Below, in pieces: positions 39,248 to 49,489 of a DNA stretch of 64,000 nucleotides. A program made the position numbers and the translations under genes. Source of the DNA: a virus. Numbering within the stretch: the first letter of the stretch is position 1; every line of letters starts with the position of its first letter. Below the pieces are notes generated by a model. It was not told where the DNA came from. It worked only from the letters and a program-made list of their open reading frames with translations, and made no database searches. The stretch lies in IMG/VR virus record IMGVR_UViG_3300008108_000011, positions 128,733-192,732 of that record. One strand, 5' to 3'.

Positions 39248-39556
39248 ATGCAATGGAAATACAATGAAGACAAAATCCTTAAAGACGTTGAGGATTATGT
39301 AGTGAGCACATACCACGGTCATTACTGTGGGGATGAAGAAGGATACGATGATATCCAAACAATTGATCTGATGGCGGCGAAGAAACTTGCTGCTCCTTTC
39401 TGTCAAGCAAATATTCTTAAGTATGGCAGTCGCTATGGTGATAAGGATGGTCGTAATAAGCGTGACCTTTTGAAAGTGATTCACTACGCAATGCTTCTGC
39501 TTAACTTTGATGGTCACTACACTCGCACACAGAACGGTCTACAGGAGTTTAAATGA
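39248..39556 (+). CDS. Conserved cyanophage protein (DUF3310-like)
   Basis: KYNEDKIL...TYHGHY, NILKYGSRYG.KDG...DLLKVIHYA motifs. Confidence 0.7.
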   Translation: MQWKYNEDKILKDVEDYVVSTYHGHYCGDEEGYDDIQTIDLMAAKKLAAPFCQANILKYGSRYGDKDGRNKRDLLKVIHYAMLLLNFDGHYTRTQNGLQEFK

Positions 39557-40215
39557 GCACAGTCGCACTTTCCCAAACTACTCTGAATATTCTTAAGAAC
39601 TTTGCCACTATCAACAATGGCATCATTATTAAAAAAGGAAACACGCTACGAACTATCTCAAATGCTGAGAACATTCTCGCAGCGGCGAACGTTGAAGAAT
39701 CCTTTCCTCAAACTTTTGCGATTTATGATCTTAACCAGTTTCTGGCTGGTTTATCATTGTTCGATAATCCTTCTTTGGTGTTTGATAATGCCGATTATGT
39801 TACTATCAAAGATGGGCGTAGTCGTGTCAAATATTACTTTAGTGACCCTGAGATTACACTTAAAACTGCTCCAGATAAATCCGTAAAATATCCTGGATCT
39901 GACATTCAGTTTACATTGTCTGCTGCTAATATTGCTGCTATTCAAAAGGCAACTGGTATTTACAAACTGCCTGATTTGAATATCAGCTCAGATGAAGAGA
40001 TCGTTCTCTCAGTGCGCGACAATGAAGTGTCAACTTCCAACACGTATGATATCATTGTTCCTGGCACCTTTGAAGGAACTCATTCTCTTGACCTCAAGGT
40101 TGAGAATATTCGTCTTCTTCAAGGTGACTATCAAGTTGGAGTTTCCAAGCATTACATTTCTGAGTGGAAGCATCTTAACTTTGATCTTACTTATTATATT
40201 GCACTTGAACCTTGA
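39553..40215 (+). CDS. gp45: Sliding clamp gp45
   Basis: LKNFATINNGI, FAIYDLNQFL and YYIALE motifs. Confidence 0.95.
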   Translation: MSTVALSQTTLNILKNFATINNGIIIKKGNTLRTISNAENILAAANVEESFPQTFAIYDLNQFLAGLSLFDNPSLVFDNADYVTIKDGRSRVKYYFSDPEITLKTAPDKSVKYPGSDIQFTLSAANIAAIQKATGIYKLPDLNISSDEEIVLSVRDNEVSTSNTYDIIVPGTFEGTHSLDLKVENIRLLQGDYQVGVSKHYISEWKHLNFDLTYYIALEP

Positions 40216-41156
40216 TGAAAAACTTTTTGTGGGTGGAGGAGTATCGTCCTCGTAAAATCGAAGATTGTATCCTCCCTGATTCGTTAAAGAAAGTATTTAC
40301 TGGATTTGTAGAGCAGGGGGAGATTGCTAATCTCCTTCTGTCTGGTCCTCCTGGAGTTGGAAAGACTACAGTTGCCAAAGCCCTGTGTGAAGAGATTGGT
40401 GCTTCATATATTGTTATCAACGGTTCGGATGAAGGTCGCTTCCTTGATACTATCCGAACCCGTGTCAAACAGTTCGCCAGTTCTGTCAGTTTAACTGGCG
40501 CTGGCAAACACAAAGTCGTCATCATTGACGAGGCAGATAATACCACTCATGACGTTCAGCTATCTCTTCGCGCCTTCGTTGAAGAGTTCCATAGCAACTG
40601 TCGTTTCATTTTTACCTGCAACTTCATTAATAAAATCGTTGACCCCCTGCACTCCCGCTGCACGGTCGTTGATTTCCGCATCAAACCCGAGGAGCAGAAG
40701 AAGTTACAGGCGGCGTTCTTTGGGCGCTTACAGACGATCCTAGACGCCTCTGGCGTGGCGTATGAAGACAAGGTGCTGGTCAAACTGATCCAACGCTACT
40801 ACCCCGACTGGCGACGCCTGCTGAACGAAGCGCAGCGCCACTCTGCTGGTGGATCGTTGGATGCTGCAGTGCTCTGTGATATTGCTGATGTAAACCTAGA
40901 CCAACTCATGCGAGCAATGAAAGCAAAGGAATACAAGGTCGTTCGTCAATGGGTTGTAGATAATATGGATAGTGACCCTAATACTATCATTCGTAAAATT
41001 TATAATTCTCTGAGTGAATGTCTTGAAGGTTCTTCTATTCCTCCTGCTGTGTTGGTGTTGGCTAAGTATCAGTATCAAATTGCGTTCGTAGCTGATCAAG
41101 AGATTAATATGCTTGCTTGTTTGACTGAAATTATGGTGGAGTGTAAGTTTAAATGA
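40215..41156 (+). CDS. gp44: Clamp loader large subunit gp44
   Basis: LWVEEYRP, GPPGVGKTT, IIDEAD and PLHSRC motifs. Confidence 0.97.
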   Translation: MKNFLWVEEYRPRKIEDCILPDSLKKVFTGFVEQGEIANLLLSGPPGVGKTTVAKALCEEIGASYIVINGSDEGRFLDTIRTRVKQFASSVSLTGAGKHKVVIIDEADNTTHDVQLSLRAFVEEFHSNCRFIFTCNFINKIVDPLHSRCTVVDFRIKPEEQKKLQAAFFGRLQTILDASGVAYEDKVLVKLIQRYYPDWRRLLNEAQRHSAGGSLDAAVLCDIADVNLDQLMRAMKAKEYKVVRQWVVDNMDSDPNTIIRKIYNSLSECLEGSSIPPAVLVLAKYQYQIAFVADQEINMLACLTEIMVECKFK

Positions 41157-42043
41157 AATCATTAAAGACCCCTCTTCGTTATCCTGGCGGCAAATCTCGT
41201 GCCGTCAAGTATCTTATTCCTAAGATGCCTAAAGACATTACCGAATACCGTGAACCTTTTCTGGGTGGTGGTAGTGTAGCAATTGCGTTTACAAAAGAAT
41301 ACCCAGATATTCCTGTATGGGTGAATGATTTGTATGAACCATTGGTGAATTTCTGGCAGATGCTACAGAAGTCACCTGATGGTTTGTTCTGTTTACTGGA
41401 AGCATACAAGAATACATATGACACGCCAGGCAAAGCACGGGCATTGTTTGACGAAATGAAGATTCAACTGAATAGTGCTGACACACCTAACCTCCAGAAA
41501 GCTGCTGCTTTTTATGTGGTCAACAAGTGTAGTTTCTCTGGTCTAACTGAATCATCTTCCTTCTCACCTCAAGCAAGTGATCATAACTTCACTATGCGTG
41601 GTATTACAAATCTTTCTAAGTATTCAGAACTGATTGAGAATTGGAAGATTACTTGTGGTTCATATTGGGATATGATGATGACATCTGCTCCTGTAGGAAC
41701 GTTCTGGTTCTTTGACCCTCCTTATGATATCAAAGATAATCTTTATGGTAAGAAAGGAGAACTACATAAAGGATTCAATCACGAAGAGTTTCATGCTTGG
41801 ATCACTCAGGGTAATGTAAAAGATCGCTGGATGATTACTTACAATACCAATCCAACTCTTATGGAGTGGTATGATGGTTATTATCAAACCAAATGGGATT
41901 TGACTTATACTATGCGTTCAGTAGGCGACTACATGAATGAGCAAAAAGACCGTGCTGAACTTTTGATTACTAATTATGACGAAACCATCTCTAACGGAAT
42001 ATTTGAACTCAATAAATCAAACCAAGAAGTCGGTAGTTATTGA
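41153..42043 (+). CDS. dam: DNA adenine methyltransferase (Dam/D12 class)
   Basis: PLRYPGGKS, EPFLGGGS, DPPY and ELLITNY motifs. Confidence 0.92.
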   Translation: MKSLKTPLRYPGGKSRAVKYLIPKMPKDITEYREPFLGGGSVAIAFTKEYPDIPVWVNDLYEPLVNFWQMLQKSPDGLFCLLEAYKNTYDTPGKARALFDEMKIQLNSADTPNLQKAAAFYVVNKCSFSGLTESSSFSPQASDHNFTMRGITNLSKYSELIENWKITCGSYWDMMMTSAPVGTFWFFDPPYDIKDNLYGKKGELHKGFNHEEFHAWITQGNVKDRWMITYNTNPTLMEWYDGYYQTKWDLTYTMRSVGDYMNEQKDRAELLITNYDETISNGIFELNKSNQEVGSY

Positions 42044-42362
42044 CGAGGAATCTGAAAAAGCATATCCACCTTTTATTGTCAACAAGTGTCTTGCTGCTTT
42101 TCATGATACTATTTTATTTTCAAACGAAATGAATATGTATCCTCATCTCGATAAGAAGATGCAATATGACTTTTTTATAAATAGTATCAGCCCGCGTAAG
42201 AGATTTTCTCCTTGGGCAAAAAAATCTCAAGTAGAATACCTTGATGCGATTAAGGAGTATTATGGTTATAACGACGATAAAGCTCTACAAGCATTGAGAA
42301 TCTTATCTAAAAATCAACTTGAACACATTAAAAAACTTGTAGACAAAGGTGGAAAAAGATGA
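41976..42362 (+). CDS. gp62: Clamp loader small subunit gp62
   Basis: YLNSINQTK, YPPFIVNKCL, NEMN and EYYGYN..KA motifs. Confidence 0.93.
   Translation: MTKPSLTEYLNSINQTKKSVVIDEESEKAYPPFIVNKCLAAFHDTILFSNEMNMYPHLDKKMQYDFFINSISPRKRFSPWAKKSQVEYLDAIKEYYGYNDDKALQALRILSKNQLEHIKKLVDKGGKR
42176..42183 (+). promoter_or_regulatory. Possible internal late promoter TATAAATA upstream of regA
   Basis: Exact consensus inside gp62. Confidence 0.4.
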
Positions 42363-42787
42363 CTCCTGATATCGAAGTAGAATGGAAGCAAGCTGATATG
42401 GTTGAGGTGACTCTCAATGAACCTGATGATTTCCTCAAAGTTCGTGAGACCCTAACTCGTATCGGTGTCGCATCCCGTAAAGAAAAAAAGATTTACCAAT
42501 CTTGTCATATCTTACACAAGCAAGGTAAGTATTATATTGTTCACTTCAAGGAGCTGTTTGCCCTTGATGGAAAGAATACCAATCTTTCTGTGAATGATGT
42601 TCAACGTAGAAACAGAATTATTCAACTGTTATCCGATTGGGGATTGATTTCTGTTGTTAAAGCAGAAGCGATTGCTGATGTTGCTCCGTTGAATCAAATC
42701 AAAGTTCTTGCTTTCAAAGAGAAAGACGAATGGACGCTTGAAAGTAAATACAACATTGGTCGTAAGAAGACCGAGATAACCGAATAA
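42359..42787 (+). CDS. regA: Translational repressor RegA
   Basis: DDFLKVRETLTRIG, QSCHILHKQGKYYIVHFKELF and KYNIG motifs. Confidence 0.97.
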   Translation: MTPDIEVEWKQADMVEVTLNEPDDFLKVRETLTRIGVASRKEKKIYQSCHILHKQGKYYIVHFKELFALDGKNTNLSVNDVQRRNRIIQLLSDWGLISVVKAEAIADVAPLNQIKVLAFKEKDEWTLESKYNIGRKKTEITE

Positions 42788-42795
42788 TATTTGTA

Positions 42796-42818
42796 GGGAG
42801 TTCCACACTCCCTTTTTT
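42796..42818 (+). terminator. Intrinsic terminator after regA
   Basis: GGGAGT-TCCAC-ACTCCC followed by TTTTTT. Confidence 0.8.
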
Positions 42819-42894
42819 AATGCTTTCTGATATATAATAATGAAGACGCCTTCGGGGTCTTAATCAAACTCTCGCTTATTCAAGGAGAATTAAA

Positions 42895-43338
42895 ATGACA
42901 AATACTTATACTTGGGATGTTTATACTCCCTTCAACGTAGGATTGGAAAGCATTTTTAATAGACTAGATGCGATGTCTGGTCACAATACAAACTATCCTC
43001 CCTACAACATCATCAAACACGATGGCGCTAACTACGAAATTGAAATCGCTCTGGCTGGATTTAAGTCAGACGAGATTGAAGTCTCTACAGAACAGAACAT
43101 TCTCAGAGTTACCTCGAAAGTTGAGAAACGAGATACTGAAAGAGTGTATGTTCATAAAGGTCTATCAAGACGTTCCTTCACAAATTCGTGGCAACTCGCA
43201 GATGATGTCAGAGTATCCTCTGTAGATTTTTCTGATGGTCTATTAACCATTTCTTTGGAGAAGATCATTCCAGAACACCAGAAAAAAACAACTTATACTA
43301 TTGGTGCTGGTAAACAGGAACTTCTAACTGAAGGATAA
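42895..43338 (+). CDS. hsp20: Small heat-shock protein Hsp20
   Basis: NYPPYNI, IALAGF, HKGLSRRSF and DGLL motifs. Confidence 0.96.
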   Translation: MTNTYTWDVYTPFNVGLESIFNRLDAMSGHNTNYPPYNIIKHDGANYEIEIALAGFKSDEIEVSTEQNILRVTSKVEKRDTERVYVHKGLSRRSFTNSWQLADDVRVSSVDFSDGLLTISLEKIIPEHQKKTTYTIGAGKQELLTEG

Positions 43339-43372
43339 ATATTCATGGGGTAACCCAAATATCGTCGGCGCA

Positions 43373-43427
43373 GGGGCGGTGCTGGTCAGAATCAGCACTT
43401 GCCCCATTTTATTTTTTGTGGTATACT
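43373..43427 (+). promoter_or_regulatory. Long hairpin/terminator overlapping a sigma70 promoter (TTGCCC-N17-TATACT)
   Basis: GGGGCGGTGCTGGT-CAGA-ATCAGCACTTGCCCC followed by a T-rich run; -35 at 43399-43404, -10 at 43422-43427. Confidence 0.7.
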
Positions 43428-43450
43428 ATAAAAACTCTAAGGAGCAAATT

Positions 43451-43831
43451 ATGATTCCGAAAATTTTGTTAATGAACAGCGGAGAAAGAATTATCGCTGG
43501 TCTAGCAGAACTTACCGATCCAGAAGGTAAAGCAATCTGTTTAGTTGCAAGATGCCCTTATCTTCTTGCTATGATGCCAACAGGTGATGTATCTCCAGAT
43601 GGCAATCCCGCACAATTTAATGTTAACTTTACCAAATGGATTCCTTATTCGTCAGATGATCAGTTTAAAATTCCATATAGTTCAGTTACTGCCATTGGCG
43701 AAGTAGATCCTGGAATTTTAGAAGTATATCTTGAAAAGTTTGGAGATAAATTAAATGACACAGACACCGTACAACCCAGTGATTCAAGTGATATTACTGA
43801 AGAATCAGGAGTATCTGATAGCGCAGATTGA
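43451..43831 (+). CDS. Hypothetical protein, Sm-like fold suspected
   Basis: Start at the ATG at 43451 (GGAG ribosome-binding site); KILLMNSGERIIA...CPY and WIPYS motifs. Confidence 0.7.
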   Translation: MIPKILLMNSGERIIAGLAELTDPEGKAICLVARCPYLLAMMPTGDVSPDGNPAQFNVNFTKWIPYSSDDQFKIPYSSVTAIGEVDPGILEVYLEKFGDKLNDTDTVQPSDSSDITEESGVSDSAD

Positions 43832-44144
43832 GGAGAGAGAGGAGAGCCCTGAATGCCTCTTAACTAATCCTTATAGAATAACTGATTTAACTTACTGGGA
43901 TCATTCTAACGTTGATTACAAAAACGTTCGCAATCCTGATGCTCTTTTCATTGAGGAAAGCGAAGAAAAAGAAATCGACAAAGATGGTAATGAAGTGACA
44001 GTTATTCAATCAGATTATATTCTGTTGCAAAAGTTTCCCAAGTATACTAACCAAACTCAAATCTACATGCGAGCAGATGACATCCTGACCATTTGCGATC
44101 CGTCGTATTCTGTGCTAGAATACTACCAGAAGACCCTGGGTTGA
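43755..44144 (+). CDS. Hypothetical protein, paralogue-like of the upstream gene
   Basis: VILLKNQEYLIA...LTNPY and ADDILTI.DP motifs. Confidence 0.7.
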   Translation: MTQTPYNPVIQVILLKNQEYLIAQIEEREESPECLLTNPYRITDLTYWDHSNVDYKNVRNPDALFIEESEEKEIDKDGNEVTVIQSDYILLQKFPKYTNQTQIYMRADDILTICDPSYSVLEYYQKTLG

Positions 44145-44147
44145 CGC

Positions 44148-46640
44148 ATGAAGTTTTATACGAACATTGAACAGGCGGGGAATCGCATCCTCGTTCGTGG
44201 TTATGAGAAAGGTGAGCGAGTTCAGTATCGTGTAGATTATCAACCTAAACTGTACATCCCTTGCAATAAGCAAACGGATCATAAGAGCCTTGATGGGCGG
44301 TATCTTAAAGAGATCCGCCCTGGTTCTATTAATGATTGTCGCCAATATATCAATCAGTATGATGGTGTGGAGGGATTTGAAATTCATGGAAATACTAGAT
44401 ACTTGTATCAGTATATCAACGAAGCATATCCCGATGACGAAATTCGCTTCGACTCTTCTCTCATTCGCACATTTACTCTGGATATTGAAACTGGAGCAGA
44501 GAATGGTTTCCCTGATATTGAATCAGCAGACCAAGAGATTCTGCTTATTTCTCTCCGTGATTCTTTTACAAACAGGATCACTGTCTGGGGATCAAAGAGT
44601 TTCAAGAATGAAGACCGACAGGTTGATTACATCCATTGTAACGATGAGACGAAACTCCTTTCGTGCTTCCTCAAATGGTGGCAGGAGAATACCCCCGACG
44701 TAATTACTGGTTGGAACGTTCAGCTATTCGATATGCCATACATCTGCCGACGTATGGATCGAGTGCTTGGGGAAGATCATACTAAACTTTTGTCGCCTTG
44801 GAAACTAATCTCATCGCGTGAGATTTTCATTAAAGGTCGCAAACAGATTGCATATGATATTCCTGGCATTGCCACGTTGGATTACCTTGAACTCTACAAG
44901 AAGTTTACATACACCAATCAAGAATCTTATCGTCTTGATCATATTGCTTTTGTAGAACTGGAAGAAAAGAAGCTCGACCACTCTGAGTTTGATACCTTCA
45001 AGGAGTTCTATACTAAAGACTGGAACAAGTTTGTGTTGTATAACATCCACGACGTTCGACTTGTTGATCGACTAGATGACAAGATGAAGTTGCTGGAACT
45101 TGCGTTCACTATGGCATATGACGCCAAAGTAAACTACGAAGATGTTTACTCTCAGGTTCGCATGTGGGATAACATCATCTTCATCTATCTGGCAAAGATG
45201 GGTGTTGTCATTCCTCCTAAGAAAGATAGCGTGAAGGATGCTAAGTATGCTGGTGCATATGTTAAAGAACCTGTGCCTGGCATGTATGATTGGATTGTGA
45301 ACTTTGACCTTAACTCACTGTATCCACACCTCATCATGCAGTATAACCTGTCACCTGAGACCCTCCTGCCACGCCGTAGCAGCGTCAACGTAGACATGCT
45401 TCTGGAGAAGCAGTTCGATACCAGCGACCTCGTAGGGGAGACCCTGTGCGCCAATGGCACCCATTACACAACCAAGTTTCAGGGGTTCCTCCCCAAGCTG
45501 ATGGAGAAGATTTATGAAGACCGCACCATTTACAAAAAGAAGATGATTGCTGCCAAGCAGCAATATGAAAAGACTCCAACGATTGAGTTGAAGAAAGAGA
45601 TTGCCCGCTGTAATAACATTCAGATGGCGCGTAAGATTCAACTCAACTCTGCCTATGGTGCTATCGGTAACGAGCACTTCCGTTATTATAAACTTGAAAT
45701 CGCTGAGGCAATTACTCTTTCTGGTCAGCTATCTATTCGCTGGATTGAGAAGAAGATGAATGCCTATCTTAATAAAGTTCTAAAGACACAGGATGTTGAT
45801 TATGTTATTGCTTCAGATACTGATTCTATGTATCTTAATCTGGGTCCTCTGGTTGAGACTGTATACAAGGGAAGAGAGAAAACTGCTGAGAGCATTGTTA
45901 CGTTCCTTGATAAGGTCGCTTCGCTGGAACTTGAGAAGTTTATTGAAAGTTCTTATCAAGAACTGGCCGACTACCTCAAAGCATACGACCAGAAAATGAA
46001 GATGAAGCGTGAGAACATTGCTGAGCGTGGTTTTTGGACTGCAAAGAAACGCTATGTTCTTAACGTTTGGGATAGCGAAGGTGTGCGTTATGCTAAACCG
46101 AAGATGAAAATCTGTGGTATGGAAACTGCACGTTCTTCCACTCCTGCTTACTACCGCGATAAACTAGAGCAGGCATATCGTATCATCGTAACCAAAACGA
46201 ATGAAGATGTTCTTGACTTCATTAATGAAATCAAGGAAGACACTAAGAAGCAAAATTATCTCAACATTGCATTCCCTCGCGGGTGTAATGGTCTGAAGAA
46301 GTATCGTAGTGCTGCTGACATTTATCAGAAGGGCACACCAATTCAAGTGCGTGGTGCGTTGCTCTATAACTATTACATTCGTAAAAACAATTTGGAGCAC
46401 AAGTATCCAATCATTCAGGAAGGTGAGAAGATTAAGTTCATCTATCTGAAGACACCAAATCCTATCCGCGAGAATGTTATTTCGTTCTTTCAACAACTGC
46501 CGAAGGAATTGAACCTTGACAAATACATTGACTACACGCTACAATTTGAGAAGAGTTTCTTTGAACCGCTCAAGAACGTGCTAGAATGCATTGGATGGCA
46601 AGCGGAACGTAAAGGCAGTTTAACCAGTTTTTTTAGTTGA
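44148..46640 (+). CDS. gp43: Family B DNA polymerase gp43
   Basis: DIET exonuclease motif, FDLNSLYP, KIQLNSAYG and SDTDS; unsplit, no intein. Confidence 0.99.
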   Translation: MKFYTNIEQAGNRILVRGYEKGERVQYRVDYQPKLYIPCNKQTDHKSLDGRYLKEIRPGSINDCRQYINQYDGVEGFEIHGNTRYLYQYINEAYPDDEIRFDSSLIRTFTLDIETGAENGFPDIESADQEILLISLRDSFTNRITVWGSKSFKNEDRQVDYIHCNDETKLLSCFLKWWQENTPDVITGWNVQLFDMPYICRRMDRVLGEDHTKLLSPWKLISSREIFIKGRKQIAYDIPGIATLDYLELYKKFTYTNQESYRLDHIAFVELEEKKLDHSEFDTFKEFYTKDWNKFVLYNIHDVRLVDRLDDKMKLLELAFTMAYDAKVNYEDVYSQVRMWDNIIFIYLAKMGVVIPPKKDSVKDAKYAGAYVKEPVPGMYDWIVNFDLNSLYPHLIMQYNLSPETLLPRRSSVNVDMLLEKQFDTSDLVGETLCANGTHYTTKFQGFLPKLMEKIYEDRTIYKKKMIAAKQQYEKTPTIELKKEIARCNNIQMARKIQLNSAYGAIGNEHFRYYKLEIAEAITLSGQLSIRWIEKKMNAYLNKVLKTQDVDYVIASDTDSMYLNLGPLVETVYKGREKTAESIVTFLDKVASLELEKFIESSYQELADYLKAYDQKMKMKRENIAERGFWTAKKRYVLNVWDSEGVRYAKPKMKICGMETARSSTPAYYRDKLEQAYRIIVTKTNEDVLDFINEIKEDTKKQNYLNIAFPRGCNGLKKYRSAADIYQKGTPIQVRGALLYNYYIRKNNLEHKYPIIQEGEKIKFIYLKTPNPIRENVISFFQQLPKELNLDKYIDYTLQFEKSFFEPLKNVLECIGWQAERKGSLTSFFS

Positions 46641-46646
46641 GGTATT

Positions 46647-47675
46647 ATGAGTTTCCTACAATCTGTTATTAAGGAGTTAGATAATGAGTTTGCAAGTGTG
46701 GCGGATGACGGAATCGCAACGGGCGATTGCGACGGTTTTGTTGATACAGGGAGCTATATTCTCAATGCTCTCATTAGCGGGAGCATCTATGGGGGGTTAC
46801 CCTCCAACAAAATCACCGCGCTTGCTGGAGAATCCTCTACTGGTAAAACATTCTTTGCCCTCTCTATCGTCAAACATTTCTTAAATAGTAATCCTGAAGC
46901 ACAGGTAATTTATTTTGAAACGGAATCTGCTGTCTCTAAAGACATGATGGTTTCGCGTGGGATCGATGTTAAACGTGTAGGTTTGGTTCCTGTTACTACT
47001 GTTCAAGAGTTTCGCACTCAGTCTATCAAAGTTGTAGATGAGTATATGAAACTTAAGAAAGAGGATAGACCTCCGCTGCTTTTTGTGCTAGACTCTTTGG
47101 GGATGCTCTCCACCACGAAGGAGATTGACGATGCCACTGCTGGCAAGGAGACACGCGATATGACTCGCGCCCAGGTTATTAAATCGATCTTTAGGATTTT
47201 GTCACTGAAACTTGGGCAAGCTAGTATTCCTCTAATCGTTACCAACCATACATATGAAGTGGTTGGTGCCTATGTGCCAACTAAAGAGATGGGTGGTGGC
47301 ACTGGTCTGAAGTATGCAGCGTCAACTATTCTCTTCCTGTCTAAGAAGAAAGAGAAAGATGGCACTGAAGTTGTAGGTAACATTATTAAAGTGAAGGCAC
47401 AGAAGTCTCGCTTTACCAAAGAAAACTCAGATATCGAGACGAGGTTATTCTATGACGCACGGGGATTGGATAAGTATTATGGATTACTGGAGTTGGGTGA
47501 GAAATACGGAGTATTCCAACGTAAGGGGAATCGCGTGGTTGTTGGGGAATCTTCCGTTTATCCTTCTGTTATCCTTGCCGATCCTGAGAAGTATTTCACG
47601 CCAGAGATAATGCAAGCTTTAGATGAATGTGCCTGTAAAGAGTTTCTATATGGAGTAGTGGATGGAGAGAATTGA
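46647..47675 (+). CDS. uvsX: RecA-like recombinase UvsX
   Basis: [20 protein letters not shown] and MGGG.GL.Y motifs. Confidence 0.97.
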   Translation: MSFLQSVIKELDNEFASVADDGIATGDCDGFVDTGSYILNALISGSIYGGLPSNKITALAGESSTGKTFFALSIVKHFLNSNPEAQVIYFETESAVSKDMMVSRGIDVKRVGLVPVTTVQEFRTQSIKVVDEYMKLKKEDRPPLLFVLDSLGMLSTTKEIDDATAGKETRDMTRAQVIKSIFRILSLKLGQASIPLIVTNHTYEVVGAYVPTKEMGGGTGLKYAASTILFLSKKKEKDGTEVVGNIIKVKAQKSRFTKENSDIETRLFYDARGLDKYYGLLELGEKYGVFQRKGNRVVVGESSVYPSVILADPEKYFTPEIMQALDECACKEFLYGVVDGEN

Positions 47676-49044
47676 AACGACTATTTTACGCAACCTCCTG
47701 TGCAACGAACAGTTCTACAGGAAGGTTGTTCCTTTTGTAAAACCAGATTACTTCAATGAGATTCATGAACGTGTAATCTATGAAGAGGTCTGGAACTTCG
47801 CAAGCACCTATGAGCTGGTGCCTACGAAAGAAGTATTAACTATCAACCTTGAAGCAAGAAAAGATTTAAATGAGGAAGTATATCAAAACGCAGTTAAAAC
47901 AATTGCTGAGTTGTCTACCGATCCAATTGAATATAACTGGTTGCTCGACACCACAGAGAAGTGGTGTAAAGACAGAGCAATCTACCTCGCCTTGCTTGAG
48001 TCAATCAAGGTCGCGGATGGAGGTAATCCAAAAATATCAAAGGATGCGATTCCAGCAATCCTTCAAGAGGCCCTGGCAGTATCGTTCGATGAACACGTAG
48101 GTCACGATTATCTAGAGAATAGTGTAGAACGATATGAGTTCTATCATCGTGAAGAAGATAAGATTCCATTTCACCTTGAATACTTCAATAAGATTACCAA
48201 AGGTGGTCTGCCAAACAAGACTCTTAACGTAGCTCTTGCTGGCACTGGTGTAGGTAAGTCACTCTTCATGTGTGACCTTGCCGCTCATTGTTTATCTATG
48301 GGTCGCAATGTTCTCTACATAACTATGGAGATGGCAGAAGAAAAGATTGCTGAACGTATTGATGCTAACCTGTTTAACGTCAATATCAAAGACCTTGTGG
48401 ATTTGCCTGAGACAATCTTCCAAAGTCGCATCAATGAACTGAAGCGTAAAACTCAGGGTCGTCTTATCATCAAAGAATATCCTACAGCATCAGCACATGT
48501 CGGTCACTTCAAATCTCTTCTTAACGAACTTCAACTCAAGAAGACGTTTAAACCAGATATCGTCTTTATCGACTATCTTAACATCTGTGCTAGTGCGAGG
48601 TATAAAGGCGCTATCGTCAATTCCTATACTTATGTTAAAGCGATTGCTGAAGAACTACGCGGTCTTGCTGTGGAACACAATGTTCCTGTTGTCTCAGCGA
48701 CGCAAACAACCCGTAGTGGTTTTGGCAATAGTGACGTGGATCTTACTGATACTTCGGAATCCTTTGGTCTACCTGCTACTGCTGACTTCATGTTTGCTCT
48801 TATATCGACGGAAGATTTGGAGAAGGATGGTAAAATTATGGTCAAGCAATTGAAGAACAGATACAATGACCCTACTGCATATAAGAGATTTTTGGTTGGG
48901 GTTGACAGAGCAAGAATGAAGCTCTATAATGTTGATAACGCTGTTGACCTATCCTCTGATAAAGAAGAGGAGTATGATTTCGAAGAGATGGCAGCACAAC
49001 AAAGCAAAGATACTAAAAGCAAATTTACCAGTTTTATTTTATGA
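47662..49044 (+). CDS. gp41: Replicative helicase gp41
   Basis: [26 protein letters not shown] and KQLKNRY motifs. Confidence 0.98.
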   Translation: MERIETTILRNLLCNEQFYRKVVPFVKPDYFNEIHERVIYEEVWNFASTYELVPTKEVLTINLEARKDLNEEVYQNAVKTIAELSTDPIEYNWLLDTTEKWCKDRAIYLALLESIKVADGGNPKISKDAIPAILQEALAVSFDEHVGHDYLENSVERYEFYHREEDKIPFHLEYFNKITKGGLPNKTLNVALAGTGVGKSLFMCDLAAHCLSMGRNVLYITMEMAEEKIAERIDANLFNVNIKDLVDLPETIFQSRINELKRKTQGRLIIKEYPTASAHVGHFKSLLNELQLKKTFKPDIVFIDYLNICASARYKGAIVNSYTYVKAIAEELRGLAVEHNVPVVSATQTTRSGFGNSDVDLTDTSESFGLPATADFMFALISTEDLEKDGKIMVKQLKNRYNDPTAYKRFLVGVDRARMKLYNVDNAVDLSSDKEEEYDFEEMAAQQSKDTKSKFTSFIL

Positions 49045-49445
49045 CAATTGATTTTAATAAGTATGTTGAATTCGTTGGTTCTGTCACCAGCCCAGCGTCA
49101 CGAGATACTGGAGAATTTATTCTTCGTATTAGTGATCTCAAATCTCAAGGTGTAGATATTCAACGTCTGATGACTGCTGCTTGTGGTATCACTGCCGAAG
49201 GCGGTGAGTTTACTGAGATTGTGAAAAAGATTGCTTTCCAAGGTAAACCTTATAACGAAGATAATGTCTTCCATATGAAGCGTGAACTTGGAGATATTCT
49301 TTGGTATATTGCTCAAGCATGTATCGCACTTGATATTTCGTTTGAAGAAATTGCTCAGATGAACTTTGAGAAACTGACTGCTCGATATCCAGAAGGAACT
49401 TTCAGTATTGAGCGAAGCGAAAAACGAGTTGCCAACGACGTATAA
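49041..49445 (+). CDS. mazG: MazG-like nucleotide pyrophosphohydrolase
   Basis: AEGGEFTEIVKK...ELGDILWY...N..KL.ARYP motifs. Confidence 0.92.
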   Translation: MTIDFNKYVEFVGSVTSPASRDTGEFILRISDLKSQGVDIQRLMTAACGITAEGGEFTEIVKKIAFQGKPYNEDNVFHMKRELGDILWYIAQACIALDISFEEIAQMNFEKLTARYPEGTFSIERSEKRVANDV

Positions 49446-49453
49446 ACTAATCG

Positions 49454-49483
49454 CCTCTTCTAAATAATAGAAGGGGTATTTTT
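49454..49483 (+). promoter_or_regulatory. Terminator-like hairpin with a late promoter core (TAAATA) across its loop
   Basis: CCTCTTCTA-AATAA-TAGAAGGGG followed by a T-run. Confidence 0.65.
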
Positions 49484-49489
49484 TTAACT

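Noticed and set aside
40640-40880. GC-rich patch inside gp44 (similar ones in gp43 near 45360-45500)
   Set aside because: The reading frame and conserved motifs are uninterrupted, with no boundaries or repeats suggesting an insertion.
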